The notes below the pieces were generated by a model. The model saw only the letters and a program-made list of their open reading frames with translations, did not search any database and was not told where the DNA came from. A program made the position numbers and the translations under genes. This document shows, piece after piece, positions 34,901-50,608 of a stretch of 64,000 bases of DNA (position 1 is the stretch's first letter; each line of letters opens with the position of its first letter). This stretch comes from Podarcis gaigeae (lineage: Eukaryota), in the NCBI GenBank assembly GCA_964106915.2, contig OZ066917.1; one strand, given 5' to 3'.

Positions 34901-37900
34901 CTCAGTCTTGGCTGAACTCAGGTTTGGAAAACAAGGAATGCTTTGCTGGAAGGTGGGAAAGTGCTCATTGGAGCAAGATGCTCACAGAAGAGTTCTGGAG
35001 CAAGGGGAACAATGGCAAGAGACTGAAAGAGTCAAAGAGGGGAGAAGAAAGGGAAGTGAAGGCGAAAATGAAGACCACTCTTTAGTTTTCTATTTGCTTG
35101 ACATGCTCAGGATTTGGCAGTGTTCTATGTCAAGAATGGAAAAGATGTTGCTTGGCCTTGAACATAGCCCAGTTACATATCTCCAGTTTATGGTGTTTAT
35201 GGTGTTATGACTGTTGGCATCTCCCTCTTCCCTTCCTTCCTACCCAAAAAGCATTTCGATCACAGCTTTAGTCTTCCTAGTTTAAGCATTCTCCCTGCTT
35301 TCTTCAACGATTGACAATGCATGTAGAAATTATTGACCACCCTTGGGTTTAGCATCTATACTTTCTGTAATCAGAATATAAGCATTTCAAAGCAGTCATT
35401 GCTACTGCTCCCATCAGTCACAGATTGCCAATGAAAATCTGCATGGTGCCTCCTTTTATTATGTTGTTGGACAACATAATGCCTGGGAATTTGGATGGCA
35501 TGTCTGGCAATAGTGTCTTAGTGGACTTTACCAGAAATCATGGCCCTCCTGAGAGGACCTTTGGACATGCAGTGGTGTGAATCCGTCATGGAAAGCACCT
35601 TCTCATTTCAAACTTTAAACTAGGAAGGAGATGAAAGACATCTGGGGTGATTATGTACAGCAGATGTAGGAAACTCTTTTGACCTTTGGTTTTCTCCCCT
35701 CAGACTTTGAATTGAAGGTTCCTTTGTTTCCCTTACATCTGTTGTTACGTTCACCTTCGTCTGCCTTAAGGTGGAAGGAGGGGAAAGGAGACTGCCAACA
35801 GCTTGATGAGAACACAGGGGTAGTACACCAAGTCACAGTCCAGTGTTTTAGACATTTCATAAATAACCTTAAAAAAAATAAAACAAGAACAATCCCTTTA
35901 CTTACTCATCTGAAACAAAATAAACAGCAGTGGATACAAACTTCTTGTAACAATTACAAAAGAAAACAACAATACAACCCCCCAACTTTAACACATTTGT
36001 TTTAAACTCAAGACTGCAGCATATCCTTAAGGGCAAACTTTTCAATTATTTTTTCTTTCTTTTCTTTTTTTAAATAATGTTTTCACCAAAAAAATCCACA
36101 AAACAGTCTTGTACCAAGAAAATGCGTTCAAAAATAGAAAATATTACACAACAAAAATATGTACCCTTCCTTTCCAAAAAGAGTCTTCACAAAAATGTAG
36201 AAAAAATTCCAACCATTTTGGTGCTTTCCTAAACATGTAACCTTCAACCTAGGGCACAAATATTTATTGATTTAATTTTTGCATAAAACATGGAAGATAT
36301 AAACCAACTATTAAGATTGTGAAGTTAAAGAACAGCCAATGTCCCCATTCTGTTCCACATATTCTTACAAGAACAAATAAAAATTAATAAATCTGATGAT
36401 TAAACAAAAGATATTTGTGAGCCAATGGGCTGTGAAACCATTAATAGGACCCAGATACAGTGACATGAGTGGAAAACTGTCTTGTCTTTCAAAATAGGTA
36501 TTTATATATTATTTCAACAAGTCTTAACAACTCCACTGTACTTGACTGAGAGAGAAAGCAAGAAAAAGGATATTCAGGGTTAATAGTATACAGGGAAAAC
36601 AGGCTGATTTTAAATATTTCACTTACTAAAAACTTTGTGGCCATATTTTAAACAATGGCGAGGGTGTTTCCATATACCCTCAAAGTGCAAGAAGCAAGGG
36701 ATCTTTTCTGGATCACAGTAGTCAAATATGAGGAAGTCCATTTTCCATTAAGGACAGAATCTCAAATTAAAGTCAAGTAATACCAGTTTGTAGCGGGACA
36801 ATTGGTATTTGATTTTTAAACAACAAAAACTATGGAATTTGTTTGTTCAACAGGTTTTACCTGGACCAAGAAACATTTTGTGGATATTATTGTAATACTG
36901 CACTGTATCCTACTGTTATTAAAATGGCTGCAGTAAAACTGATAATATTAAAAAGTGTGACTGCAAAGACATATAATCTGTTTTGTACCAGCTCATGTAA
37001 CTCATCATTTTTTAATGCTGTTTCTGATTTTTAGTTTTATAAAAAAACACCTTTCTGGTTTTTATTGGAGCACATGCTGGGACTGACACTGCAAACCTCC
37101 GGGAACAAGTGCACCAAGTAGATTGGACCAACAAGGACCAACAAACATGTCCAAACTGTGGGTTTCTATTTCTAGCTGTAGTGCTTTAGATGTTTGCGAG
37201 TGAATAAAGGGAGGTGGTTTAGCCTCTTCCTTGCAAAACTGTGCATTTTCCTCTCTAAAAATTAAATATTTTCCAGTGCATCTTCCCCCACCTCCAAAGA
37301 CCTTGTCATTCATCCTTCAAAAAGAAAACCCCAGATTTATAAAGATACAATGCTATAAAATCAGGTAATTTAAACAATACAATGTGCAAATGCCAAGCCA
37401 AAAAACAAAAACCACCATACAAACTTAGCAAGAATGAGCTAGGAAAGCTATCTAAAACTGGATGATTTGTAAGCATTGGTTAAGAAATGGGTAAGGCTAT
37501 TTATTTCTATTTCAGCATAGTTAACCACTGATCCCCTGCTTTCTGCTCATTTATTGTTTCAGATTTTCACTTTTTACTCACTGGCCTTTTAGCTTTTTAA
37601 ATTAAAATAAAATTCTTTTTTGGTCTACAGTAGAATTACATATCAACACAAATAACAAAAATAGGAAATATTTTACCACTAGATTTATACTACCCTACCT
37701 CTGTGAAACTAGAACAAATAGAGTAATTTGAATAAACATATTCAAGGGCAATATCACCTTGAACCATATATATCTATAAACTCCTGGTACACTGAGCCTG
37801 GCTTCTGCTACAATTTTAGGTTTGTGACAATTCAGTCAAAATTCAAATATGGCCACTTCTTTAAAACAGCAAATGGCACCCACTGACAACTTAAAATGTG

Positions 37901-38083
37901 CCGCTTCAATGGAAAATAAAAATGAAGATATCTGGAGATCAAAAAGATTTTAGATTCCTTGATACATTCAAAATCCTTGGGGATTTAAGGACAGCTTGGA
38001 GGGCCATGAAGATAAGGACTATTGCAAGATATCTATTCAAGCGAAGTCTGCACTAAACACTGTAAGCAGGTAAGATAGCCTGA

Positions 38084-38250
38084 TATAAGAAGAGCCTGCT
38101 GGATTAGACCAATGATTCATCTGGTCCAGTTTCCTGTTCTCAGAGTGGCAGAACAGTTGCTTGTAGGAAACCCACAAGCAGGATTCAAGTGTAAGAGCAC
38201 CATCGCCTCCTGTGGTTTTCCAGCAACTGGCATTCAGAAGCACTGCTGCC
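38084..38250 (-). mobile_element. CR1-type LINE 3' end
   Basis: ataagaagagcctgctggattagaccaatg...cagcaactggcattcagaagca. Confidence 0.7.
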
Positions 38251-41200
38251 TACCAGCCGTGGACCTTCTTTAAGGCGGAACAAAATCAGCACAAGGGAAT
38301 AGTCTGAGCTGAAAAGCAATGCTGTTTTACTAGCATCAACTTTTAAAAAATGGACTTCAGACACGTCTTCATTGCTGTTAAGACAGTACTAAAGGCGTTT
38401 TGTAAACTCTAAAACAGCCTATCAGTAGGAAATTATTTTTTAAAGAATACTAGTTGGACAGCTGTATGCTCCCCCTGCAGTATTCATTCTGCAGTTTTTG
38501 TTACTTTGAAATGTTTGGGAAATGACATTTTTGTCCCCGTATATCAAATCAATGCATGATAACAAGAACAAAACTGCATCACACAGTTCAGGGTGGAAAG
38601 AAACTGCTCATAAGCTAGCTGGAAAAGAAAATATACAATTAACATGTAGGTTTGCAAAAAGGAACACATCAGGCTTGGATCTAATTCCTTAGAGCTCAAA
38701 TACTGCACTGATTAGTCTGGTTTAAAGGTAAGATTTATAGAGGGCCACTGTATATCAAAACACACACACACATGCAAATCCAATTCTTCTCAGTAATGTA
38801 GATTGTAATGCACACTTTGCCAGAGGCTGCAACTGCTTCCCCACTGGACTACATAAAATCAGTGCTTCCCATCTCAGAGTTTATGGAGTCACAATGCAGT
38901 AATAGGAGAGAGAAATTTAATTCTTCCAAAGGAATGATTAACATCAATAACCAAGTCTAAGTCATATATTGTTGATTCCAGCCCAACAAGCCTATTAAAC
39001 CTGATAGCCAGGTCATGGCCTTCCTGAAGGATTACATAATTTAAACACTGGCTAGCTCACTGCTTCTCGAAAAGAGATTCAGGGATGCCTCTGAGGCTTG
39101 TCTGGTAAAATAAAAGTATTGCAAGATGGCACAAAAATCCAGACCATTTCCTTCCTCTGCTTCTTGGTCAATATGTCTATAATTCAGTGTCAAGTATGTT
39201 TATAATTTAATGTTACAACTCTGTTCCATTGGTTATTTTCTCATTTGATACATTTAGGCTCCAATGCTTACCTAGAAAGGAACAAAGATAACCAGGTCTA
39301 AGTGTGAAATGGATGATTGATCCTAGCAAAGGTACTTGTATGGGGGTGCATCATACCCTTACTTTGTTAACTTTTTATGATAAGATATGCTTTTGTTTTT
39401 AATTGAGGGCTGGCTGTTCTTCAGTTTCTAATGCCTCAGTAGTGTTATTTGGACAGGAAAGATCTTGAGATTTCCCCCTTCCTGAAGTGAATATAGGTGG
39501 CCATTTAGCAAATGATAATAAGTATAAGCCAGCCATTTCTAGCAACCTAACAACGTCTGGTGAATAGAATTTTACTACTCCAACTTCTCTACACAGATGC
39601 ATGATGAAAATTCTCACTTGGTAGGATGTTACATTCAACTTGGTTATCAAGTGCTTATTTGTACTCTGCCTGAAGCAGAAAAGAAATTTTCAGCCAAGTA
39701 AGTCTGACCAGTGAACCTGGGACATTTCCCCCTTTCCCTAAAGACTGATTTCTTGAGTCATCTGAAGCTAGCCGCCATGAAAGCACCTTCTCTCTGCTTG
39801 TGGCACCCTGTGGTCTACATTGCATAGGAGGATCTATGAGATGCTGATGGTTGGCTAGTTCTGCCTTTGGGCAAGAGACTGGCCTAACTAGCCTTTAGAT
39901 TCTTCCACTTCTACAATGCTAACGATATATCAAAAGCAATTTTAAGTGTTCTTAAATGGAAACCATTTAGAAACAATTACCACTTGGAAGCTACTTTCTG
40001 CAGGATAATTCTTACGTTTCTATGCCATATTTCCACTTCAGTCCTATGAGAAAAGTCTTTTAGATAAGCTTTTAGAAAAGTGACTATAAATACAGATTGC
40101 GATGGAGTAATTTTATCAGAATCAGTTGCAGATGCTTGCTCCTACTTATTTCTCTGCTCTTTCTTTCTCCTTTACATGACCCCTGCATAGGCCTTCTTGA
40201 TCCCATAAATACATTTCAGTAGTGCAATACAATGCAGTCTTAGTGCAAAAATAAAAAGCCTTATCCAAAAGTAAGGAAAATGCTCACTTCTTCCAAGTAT
40301 TACAAGCACTCAAAACTAAAACAGGAGTTGCTGTCTCCCAACCCCATCACCATACATCTTTGTTTATTTCTACTCAATTCATGGTCTTCATTCCATCTTC
40401 TTTCTGTCGTGTTTTAAAAGAAGCTTACTTCAAAGATGGAAAATATACAAAGCCTAATAAGACACTATAAAGGAGGGCCACATGGATGGGGGAGCTGAGT
40501 GGCTAAAGCAAAGTTCAGTAGTGGTTTTGTTAGATGGCTCCTTTGCAATGGGCGTTTAAGATTGCAGATAAGATATATAGCTTTTCTGTTCCCCAAATAG
40601 AATTTTAACAGTGCCGCTTCTACAGTGCAAACAATCCTTTAAAATAGCAACTCTTAGCAGATGTCCTAAAACAAACCAGTAAAAATGAACCTTGCTTATA
40701 GATCTCTTGCAGCAAAATCTACACATTAGTTAAATGCATGGTTTGCACATGCATTTTTTTAAAGAATAGAAGGGAGCCCTAGGTGTGGATCAGGATGGAG
40801 GTGGATCTTCCTGTGTTGCAGACCACCCCCCAAAAACTCCCAAAGCACTTTGCTCTAGAAGGGAAGCTGCTATTGGTGCAAAGAGAAACTTCTGCCCTGG
40901 GGCAAAGAACAGCTAAGGGGATTTTTGTTGGGATTGCAGGGCAGGAGGACAGCGTTGAACCATCTTTCTACATTCTCCATGGCCCTGATCCATTCTGGGC
41001 ACCTTCCTGGATCCTACTGTTGTGCAAACGATGCATATAACAAATAATGAAATTTGGCCTAAATGCACACCTTTTTCCAAGGCCCCTTTTTAGGATAATA
41101 GTGCCAGGAGTGTAAATTATTTTACTATATAGGAAAACAACCAAATCAAAAGGAAAACAACAATGCAACCTAAATTAAGATGTACCAGTAGATAAGAAGG

Positions 41201-42986
41201 TCCTAATTAAATTTGTGCTTGTTTCCCCTTTGCTTCAATGAAATTAGAAATCTTACGGGATTTTCCATTTTGTTAATCATCAACAGCACATAATTTTTAA
41301 AAGCACACGAAAGAGCTATAGTTTGAAGATTGTTTCTGTTATTTGAAAGCTTCCAGGAATAAGTTGCTAAAACTCATATGCTCAAATGTGAAAGGGATGC
41401 TTTAAAGTTATAGAAGAAGAACAAGCTGTATTGGTGAACAATCAAGAAATAAGTGAAGACTTGAAAAGATGATTCTCCCCATTCCTATCTAATCTTCTGA
41501 TGAATTATATAAAGGCTTATTGCAGGATATCTATTTCAAATTCACCCCCCCCCCCATCCTGAAATCAACCAGAAGTTGCTCTTGATTTTTCTCCTCTCAA
41601 GACAACTGGGAGATTTAACGTAATCTGTTCCTCCTTAATGGAGAAAACATTTTTAAAGGATTGTTGGCACAGAAATAAGGAAGAAAGAAATCTGAGCTGC
41701 AAGAATGAAAGCTGGATTTTGGACATTTTCAAATGTGTCCTGTACTGTATTCTGCTACTGCAAAAAAGAAGCAGGAAACCTGCAAAGCAGGTTTTGCTAA
41801 CGCCAAGTTCAGGGGTCTCATCCTGTGTTGCAAGTGGTGCCTGGTCCCTTAAGACTCCACTGATTTTGACAGCAATGGTAAAAATGATAAATATTCTTAA
41901 AACATACTGCAAATCACCCTTCCTGGTTAATCATTTGATTGGCGAGAGGGCAGTAACTACCCTTCTTAACTGATCTTTATGGATGTGCATCTGTCTGTCT
42001 TCTGTGTGTGTATGCAACTTTTGGTCACACCCTTTGCGGGCATGTGGCAGATTGGGCAAGGGTGAATGTGCTCCTTGGGTCAAAAAGGTTGACTACACCT
42101 GGATTAATATATCAGAAATCCTTGGTGCTGAGAACCTTAAGTTACTTAAGATATGGAAGAGGTCTATTCAGGATAAGCCTATTTGATTCAATGTCAGAAT
42201 ATTATTTCAAGAGTGCTTTTGAGCAATTGACTTTGCAATAATAATTTTAGGGCTGCAATCTGCTGACCATTAGTTTACAGTGGAAAGATTCCCAGGTATG
42301 TGCTTAAAGGGCTTCCATTATTAGTACGGAGGTGTCCTTCAGATTTTTCATTCCCAATCAGAATTCTTCTGAGAGGTTTTCCATTGTTCAGGAGTGCAGG
42401 TTTTTCGCAGCCTACCTGTGTGGAACTCTATGGACCTAAACTGATTATAGCAGAGACACAATGCTGTATTGAGATTCACATGCTCCTTTCTTACTTGCCT
42501 TGTGTAATGGGATATGCCATTGTTATGTTTTGTTTTATCAGACAGGGAAAAGCGTCATCTCCTTAGCATAATTAAGCAGTGATTTGAGCTCTGAGATAAA
42601 TTCACTCTGCAAATCCTCAATTTAGTTATTTATGGATGGTTTTTAAAGGGATCTTATGTTGCCTGTTTTAAAACGTTTTTAAATCCCTGAGTACATACTT
42701 AAAGCATATAAAATTGTCTTACTTTTATTTCAGAATTTAGGATAGATAGGTTTTTTTCTTAATTAGGATAATTAAAATATTGGCAATCAAATCAATGTAG
42801 GAATAATGATGGATTTGGCTGAGAAATGAAGGTGTATAATTTCCTCCAGACCTTTTTCTCTCTTAAGTGACTTTTAAAGGAATATATGACTGATAAAGCT
42901 CTCTAGCCTTAATCTTAACACTATAAACGAGTAGAAAGAACCCTAGTCAAAATCCCCGAAGCTGAAGGAATATTTTTCTTGTAATA

Positions 42987-43207
42987 CAGTCGTACCTTGG
43001 TTGACGAACGCCTTGCAACTCGAACGTTTTGGCTCCCAAACGCCGCAAACCTGGAAGTGAGTGTTCCGGTTTGCGAATGTTCTTTGGAACCTGAATGTCC
43101 AACACAGCTTCCGATTGGCTCCAGGAGCTTCCTGCAGCCAATTGGAAACTGTGTCTTGTTTTCTGAAGTTTTGGATGTCGGTTTTTGGATGTCGGTTTTG
43201 GATGTCG
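42987..43207. mobile_element. Truncated Tigger-like MITE
   Basis: TA|cagtcgtaccttgg left TIR; right TIR absent; ends in three copies of ttttggatgtcg. Confidence 0.7.
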
Positions 43208-46200
43208 AGAAAGTAAAATATTAAGGCTTATTATTGTAATTATTTAAAATCCCTAATAGAATTATCACCAATACTTCATTTTATATGATTTGTTTTATAA
43301 AATAGAAGTCAGCAATATTACTTTTTGAGTAAAACTGACATCTATTTTATTTTACAGGGAACTTTCCAGCTTCATGGGGTCACACAGTAAAGATATATAT
43401 TCAAAGGCAGAGAAGTTTAAACATTCAGCACCTAATTAACCTATTGAATCAGCAATTATCAAATGGTTTTTGATTTCAATATACCAAACTATCTGTGACC
43501 ATGGTGACTTCATGATATTTGAGTGGCACTCTATTTACTGTGATCTGTTTAAAAGAAGAAAAATGAATCTCAAGCCTATTGCAGCAAAATACAAGAAAGA
43601 AATTTATTTTTATTTTTTTCCTGATTAATAATAAAAAGGTTGGCTTTAGACACAAAAATGTCTAAATAAACCTCTAAACATCAGTGAAGATCTTCCACTG
43701 TTACCTTTTTTTAGTGGTAACGAAGCATATAAATCCCTTCTCTTCAGTGCTAGCTGTTATTGCTCTCATTCTTTGGTGAAGTGCCTCATTTTGGTGAAGG
43801 TTTCAATGACCCGCCACCACACCCTCTTTAATTAAAGTTGGTTCATACAGCTCTTATGATTAAGGGGTCTGTCTTGAAATCGCATGAGTGCCCTACAATA
43901 TGTAGAATTCCACACAGGCATTCATTTTGCCACGGTGGCCTCTCCATCCCATTTTTATGATGAATCAATCACACATACTGCATCACACAAAAGTATGGGT
44001 GGACATGCACAGCCTAAGAGATCCATATTCAATCACCTATTGGGGGGTGAGAATTGAAGAAATGTTTCCTTTCACAACTTCTTAGTGTTAATGAGTGGAA
44101 AGAAGAGGTTGTATGAATGCAAAAACTCTGCTGTCAATATTATTTTGAATGAATATGTTAATATCCAAAATACTATATAACTTTTCCTAAGAGGAAAGGA
44201 ACAAAGATGACTAAAGGCTCCATTTCACAGGAATGCAAACTTAAAACATACATTTCATCCATGAAAACGAATGGATCAATCAGAAAATGGGAAGGAAATG
44301 AATGAGTGATATGCTAAGAAAGAATTGTCTGAACTCTGACTTGGTGGTATACAAATTAGTGTCAAACCAGAAACTAAATAAATCCCTAAAGCCTGCATTG
44401 TATTTAGAGCAAAAAGTAATAGATGGGGGTTGGTTTAAATGGTTTCCTAGCTTATCCTAGATTCTATGTGTACATACATATAAATCAGAAAATAAACCAG
44501 AAATAATAAAATACTTCCGTCAAAAGCAAAACTTTAGAATAACCACTAACTATGGTAGACATGTTTGTAAAAGTAGTTTTCACCAGTTATTTTGTTAGTT
44601 TCACTTTCTTCTACACAATTGCCTCCCAAACACACTGTAATATGAAAATGTAACTTCTATTGGGAAATATGTACAAATTTGGTACCTTTTGGTTTGTGAG
44701 ACAAATCTTTACATAAGAATTGCAAGCAGGAATCTATTATACATGTAAAATAAGGACAGAAGCTCTACAGAAAAAATACCAATTTTTAAAGGCAGTAATG
44801 ATGCCACAAGAAAGCATTAGCCAATAATCCCTCTCTACAACAGTTAAATGATGACAATGCAAATATGTTAAAGGGCAGGGAATGTGGTTCTTTAAACAGG
44901 CATCAAAGGTAGTTAAGAAAGCACTCTGTGACAGTAATTTAGAAGCCAACAGAAGGCCTGGCTGTTTGCATTGAAATATGACAATTATCTGATTCAGCAC
45001 TCAGTTTTGAGAGCTATATAGAAATAACATTTTGAATACAGCATGTAAATTCATACAAATACTAGCCTACAGAAAGTTTTTACTAGCCTGTCTGACCACA
45101 TACATACCTTTATGCTAGTTATTTGTTGCCTAAAAGAAAAATAAACATTTTGGTGAAACTTCTCAGTTTGGATAGGGCAATTCTTACTGAAGAATAGCAC
45201 TGAAGTGGCTATTTCTGAGCCTGACTTAATACAACATACAGACAATGGAGTCAAATTCATTAAAATGGGTCTAGCCAAAATTAAAATGCCTTGCTTCAAA
45301 TTCAGACACCTCAGAACACACATGAAACCATACCAGAGCATGAAGTTTGAGCCTATCTGTTGATCTGACTGTGCCAGAGGGGGGAAATGAAAAGAGTTGA
45401 AACACTTCCTGCAATTGCTCTTGAACTTACTCTTGCTATTTACTCATGAAAAGTACTTGGTACAATAAGAAATGTCCAAACCTCAGGCTAGAAATATATT
45501 TCTGTAATGTTGCTGGGATGGGAAGCAACACATATAGAAAATAATGAACAAAACCTTAATTTTATCTGTTTGCGGCTACTAAGCAAAGTGTTGGATCTAA
45601 ATTGTTATTAGAAACAATCTATGCTGGAGATAAAGCTGGATGAGTATTGGGCAGAAATGCTGTAGTACAAGATTCCTGCATCCTACATCCCCTTCCAACA
45701 CTACAGTTCTGCAGTTCTACGGTTATGTTAACCAATAAATATAACTGTACCTCTTCCAGTCCGAGCAGGTAAAATTTAACTAATCTGAAAAGGGTAGGTG
45801 GGCATTAAGTAGAGTTCTAGTGAACCAAGAGTAGTCAATAGCTTCCCCCTCTTTACTTTGGGAAAAAATGGCCTGATATTTTACAACTGCATCAGTAGTG
45901 GAACAGGGAAGCTTGCTGTACATTTTGCATATGGAACCCAAATTGATGCTGCACCCATATGCATACAAACTTGAAAGTAAGCCCTGCTGAATTCAATGGG
46001 ACTTGTTTCTGATAAGCATGCATAGGATTGCCTTGAGAATCTATTATTTACAGAAATAAGTTATTGTTTTTATTTGTTCTGCTTCCCTGACCACCTGAGG
46101 CATGAAATAATAAAATTTGGTTTATAAGAATACTGTGTTGCTTTAAAAAAAACCCCAAACCAAACAAACCCTAAACTCTCCTATAATGTTTGGCTAAGGA

Positions 46201-49200
46201 ATTAAAAAAAAATCCTTGAAGACAATACAGAAACTGATAATATAAAAATGAATCTAGGTTTAGTTGCTAATTATTACATGACTCAAGTTAACTGCAGCAG
46301 GTGAATGGTGAGTAATAAATGTGAATCAAAAGTACAAATGAATATACTGTATGTGTAGTGTATATATGGGTGTGTGTGTAGGTGTATACATATATATATT
46401 TGAATGTGTTATATATTGATACAGAGATGTACATATTGTTTACTTATGTAATAGTTTTCAGAAATACTGTATTGTAGTGTAATGTACTTAACTAAGCAGA
46501 GCTAAATAGCAACTTATCTTCTAGTCACTAGTACTATTTTATTTAAAAACACTGAAAAAGAAAAAGAAATACATTTATGGTCACTAACATTTTGATTATG
46601 AAACGACAATGTACAATTATTAACAAAAAAAAAACTCTTTCCCAAATGAATACATAATTTTGTTGCATTCATTTTCATATTTAAAGAGGGAGGGAAAATA
46701 CTACCAACGTGCACACACACAAAAAACCTTCCACGGTTTTGTGAGGTGAGGGGAAAAGAAAACTACGTCACAAAATCGTCAATGAAGCAAAAGAATTTTG
46801 GAGCAAAGAAACCAGTTGAAACAATTTCAGAGCCACCATGCTTCTAAAAAAGGCTGTTAATCTAACCCACTTAATAATCAAGAATAGTGCAAGTGTGGGG
46901 AGCAAGTTCTCAAATGCACAGAGAGTAGGTTTGAGATAATTAAAAAGTTAACCACTTTTGTCTTCATTTGATAATATTGGTCTGCTAGATTAAATTGGAA
47001 CATTCATCCTTGGAAAGACACCGATAAAGGCCACATTGGTTTCAAGAGCATTAGCTGCTGATAGACAAGACATAGAGTGTGCATGTGCACATGCACCGCC
47101 ACTATTCATTGTACATTACATGAAATGGGGAACGATCTGATCAATAGTGGGTTATAAACTGAAAAATGTGCCTCATAGTTACTAATTCCAGTAGTAGCAT
47201 CAGACTGTTCATTCTCAACTCTCAGCTTCGTTGAAGTGACCCTGAAATATCATTCTATTTCTGTGCTTGAAGTCCCTTACTGGCTTTTGACCTAGCTCTT
47301 CTGATATTACCAGATTGTAGAAGAAAGTAATATAGTGTTGCATTGGGCACTCTCCACATGAGGTATGTGAACAGTACAGTACAAACATGTTAACACATGA
47401 ATGTATAATAGGCAAAATCTAATGCCAATTCTTAGAATTTACCTGGAACTTATGTGGGCAAACAACGAGATGTATGCATTTATCCTACAGAAATGGATTA
47501 GTTGCTGTAAAAAGTACACAAAGGTGTTAATATCTATGTATCTATAATGCAGCATGGAGTCGCTAGATTCCTACAGTCAATGCTCTGGCTAGTAATTCAG
47601 AATTTATGGAACGTGGTCTACTCCAGCTGTACAACATCTCTTTGGACTTCTCAGCATGCTGTACCCCATTTCAATTCTCACCCCCTTTTTTGTGTAATAC
47701 TTGAGATGCTGCTACAAAAAAATATTATTCTTTATTGGCTATGGAGCTAGAGAAGGAAAGAGAGCCTTGTGGCGGAAGACAAAATGTCTAGATTGAGGAG
47801 GGCACAAACTGTGAACTGCTTTCCTGCAGCCAGAATAACTAACAACCCAATGGGGTAGAGGGAAAGTCCCACTAAATTCAATAGGTTTTCTGCCAAGTCA
47901 GTGCTACAGTATTATGCACACTTACTTGGAATAAGCACCATTGGCCTTAGTAGCATTTCTTCCCCTAGTAAAAAGCATAGGATAAGACAGCAAGTACGGT
48001 AGTTGATTTGTTGGACTACCTGGCTGCATCTCTAGGCAGAAATGGTGGGATCTGCTACTTCTGACACACTTCCAGCTCATTGACTTAGACTCCCTTTAAT
48101 GGCTGCAGCAATTGGCACCTCATATGAATATGAAAGGAGGGCAGAGGGTACCAAGCCAGCTAGAAGAGTGTTTGTGTGTATGTCATGATCATACCACAAG
48201 TGCTGCTACTGCTTGTGGAGAACCTAAGCACAAGTTCTCACAGTTCAGTTTGCCAGCCTGTGCACCTGCCTGCCACTGCTGCTCCTCTTCCTTCTCTGGT
48301 AAGAGACAAGGTGTAGAGAGTGCTCCTAAATCTTATCTGCCTCATGTTTCAAGGCAACAGAATGGGGACAGCAGGTATCTTTTTAGTGTACTTCCCAGGA
48401 GCATAGCATAGCACAACACAAAGGAAAGGATCATCACCTTCTTTATAGTTATAAGTGATGCAAGAGAGGGAAGAATGGTGATTCTCGCCCTTTCATTTTG
48501 TTTAGAAGACCCCTGGAGAGTCCTCTGTGCAAAGCAAAAGGATCACACTTCTGCAGATCACTTTCTTTTGTAACAGCCAGAAGAGGAGTGGTAGGCAGGG
48601 TACCTGTTTAAAGGTGTGGTTTCCTGGTCACAAGCATTTTACAACTGAAGTGATTCTCCATAATCAAAATTGTAATCAATGCTCCTCTTTAAGTACAAAG
48701 GCTCTTACTCAGTTATAACTTATGTAATGAAGACCAGTCAGTTTATAAAATAGAATTGGGGAAAGCATGTCAAGTTTCAACAAAATACACATCTGCTATA
48801 ATTATTCATGAAGATCACAGTTTGCTGTCAAACACTGTATAATGCCATATCTTAGAGATGGTGGAAATAACTCAACATTAGAAAAGAAAGTGATGATATA
48901 AATAGCACGTACTTCTTATGAACCCGCCCCCCCTTTCTTAGAAGTAGTATTCTGATATACACATGACTAAAGAACAGAGTAGGATAATTGTACAGTATTC
49001 AAAGTGCTATACTTGTTTTGTTAGTAGCTGGCAAATTATGAGCCCTCTGGGAAAGCACTTTTGCAATACTGGTTTAAGGTGGAAATCGACAATGCACTAA
49101 CCACATAAGAGGCTGAAAACTATCACCATTCTTCTCCTACATTGCATAACTCAGTTGCAGACAGTCTCCATTGCTACTAGTAGTATTGTCAGACTAGTTG

Positions 49201-50437
49201 CTTCATTGTTTCACCCAAATTTAAGGATAATCTGTAATATGCTGCAATGTCTAATTATTACCATGGTGCAATTGCACGGCTATACATAGATCTTTTTGCA
49301 ATAATTAGCAGAAAGATAGCAAACCAAATTCTGTCACTGGTAACACCTTGCTTTCGACATAGTATAATTCTAAAAATGTGAACTAAAGGCAAGCTTTGGC
49401 CCTTTTTTAAATATTGGAGACCAGTATTTTTTTTAAAAAGGTAGTATTCTAGGATTATAATTCTGTTGCAATGTTTCTCTTGCAAAAAAGAAATTTGCTA
49501 AAATGTACAATACTTGTTCCAGATCACATGTAAAAAGAATGGAAAAGTACGAAAATGGACCATTCTCTTCAAATCTATTGCAAATGATAGTTAGGGCCAA
49601 ACGAACTAATTCGGCAGATCTGTGTTACTAAAAACAGACCTGTCCTAAGAGGGGTTGTGGGGCTCCTTAGCTACATGCCCCTTTATATTGGTCCCTTTTC
49701 ATCTGCTTTCTATGTGATTGGAGAGATATATGATAACATATGCAGACATGACACTGGCATGTCAAATTTGGCCATTGTGAAGCCTACATTCAGATAAAGC
49801 AACTGATAAACAATGTATGACCAAACTAGGGATTTAGATTGCAAAATTAAAATAAAGATAACACCAATACAACTGAATTGTTTAACTTAATGTTTAAGTT
49901 TGTTGACTGACATCCAACAGGCACAGTGCAGTGCAAATAGATAGCAGCTACTGTAATAGTAGCACTAATACTTTCCAGCTGGTGGCCTCTTCACAGATAA
50001 CCCTTGCTGTCCCACATACTATCACACAGTTTTAAAACAAAATGTGCAGCATTTCATACAAATGAATGAACATTTTAAAATAATATATATTCAACATAGG
50101 TATAAAAAAATAACACACTCCCTCTTTAAAGATTTTGTCTGTTTGTTTTAAGGCAGCAATCCTACATAAGGCTGCAATATAATTGCTTCCCAAATAATAT
50201 TCTGTTTAATCTCACTAACTTCTTGGGTACTTTATTACAGTACAAGTATTTTAGGACAACCTTATGAAGCAAAAGTTAAGACTCCCATCAGTAGATGGAG
50301 TTGGGATAAATACTCATTTAATGGGTAGCATATACTGCAGTGCTCCTCTGCTCCCTCTTTCTAAAAATGTCCCCCCGCCCCCTACTTTCCTATCCGGCTA
50401 TTTCATAAAGGTGCCACTGCAAGAACCAGACACAAGA

Positions 50438-50608
50438 GAGGAGCCATAGCTCAGTGGTAGAGAACATGCTTTGCATGCAGAAGGTCCCAGTTTCAATTTC
50501 TGGTATTAGGTTGTAGGTTATAGGAAGGCTGTTCTTTGCCTGAGACCATGCACAACCACTGCCACTCAAGAGGCAAAAAGTCAGACCTGATATGAAGCAG
50601 CTTCCTAA
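50438..50608 (+). mobile_element. tRNA(Ala)-headed SINE (Squam2-like)
   Basis: tagctcagtggtagagaacatgctttgcatgcagaaggtcccagtttcaat head plus gcagcttccta tail. Confidence 0.7.

Noticed and set aside
50438-50510. tRNA-Ala(TGC)-like sequence (also near 14525)
   Set aside because: Acceptor and T stems are degenerate and the sequence continues into a SINE body and tail.
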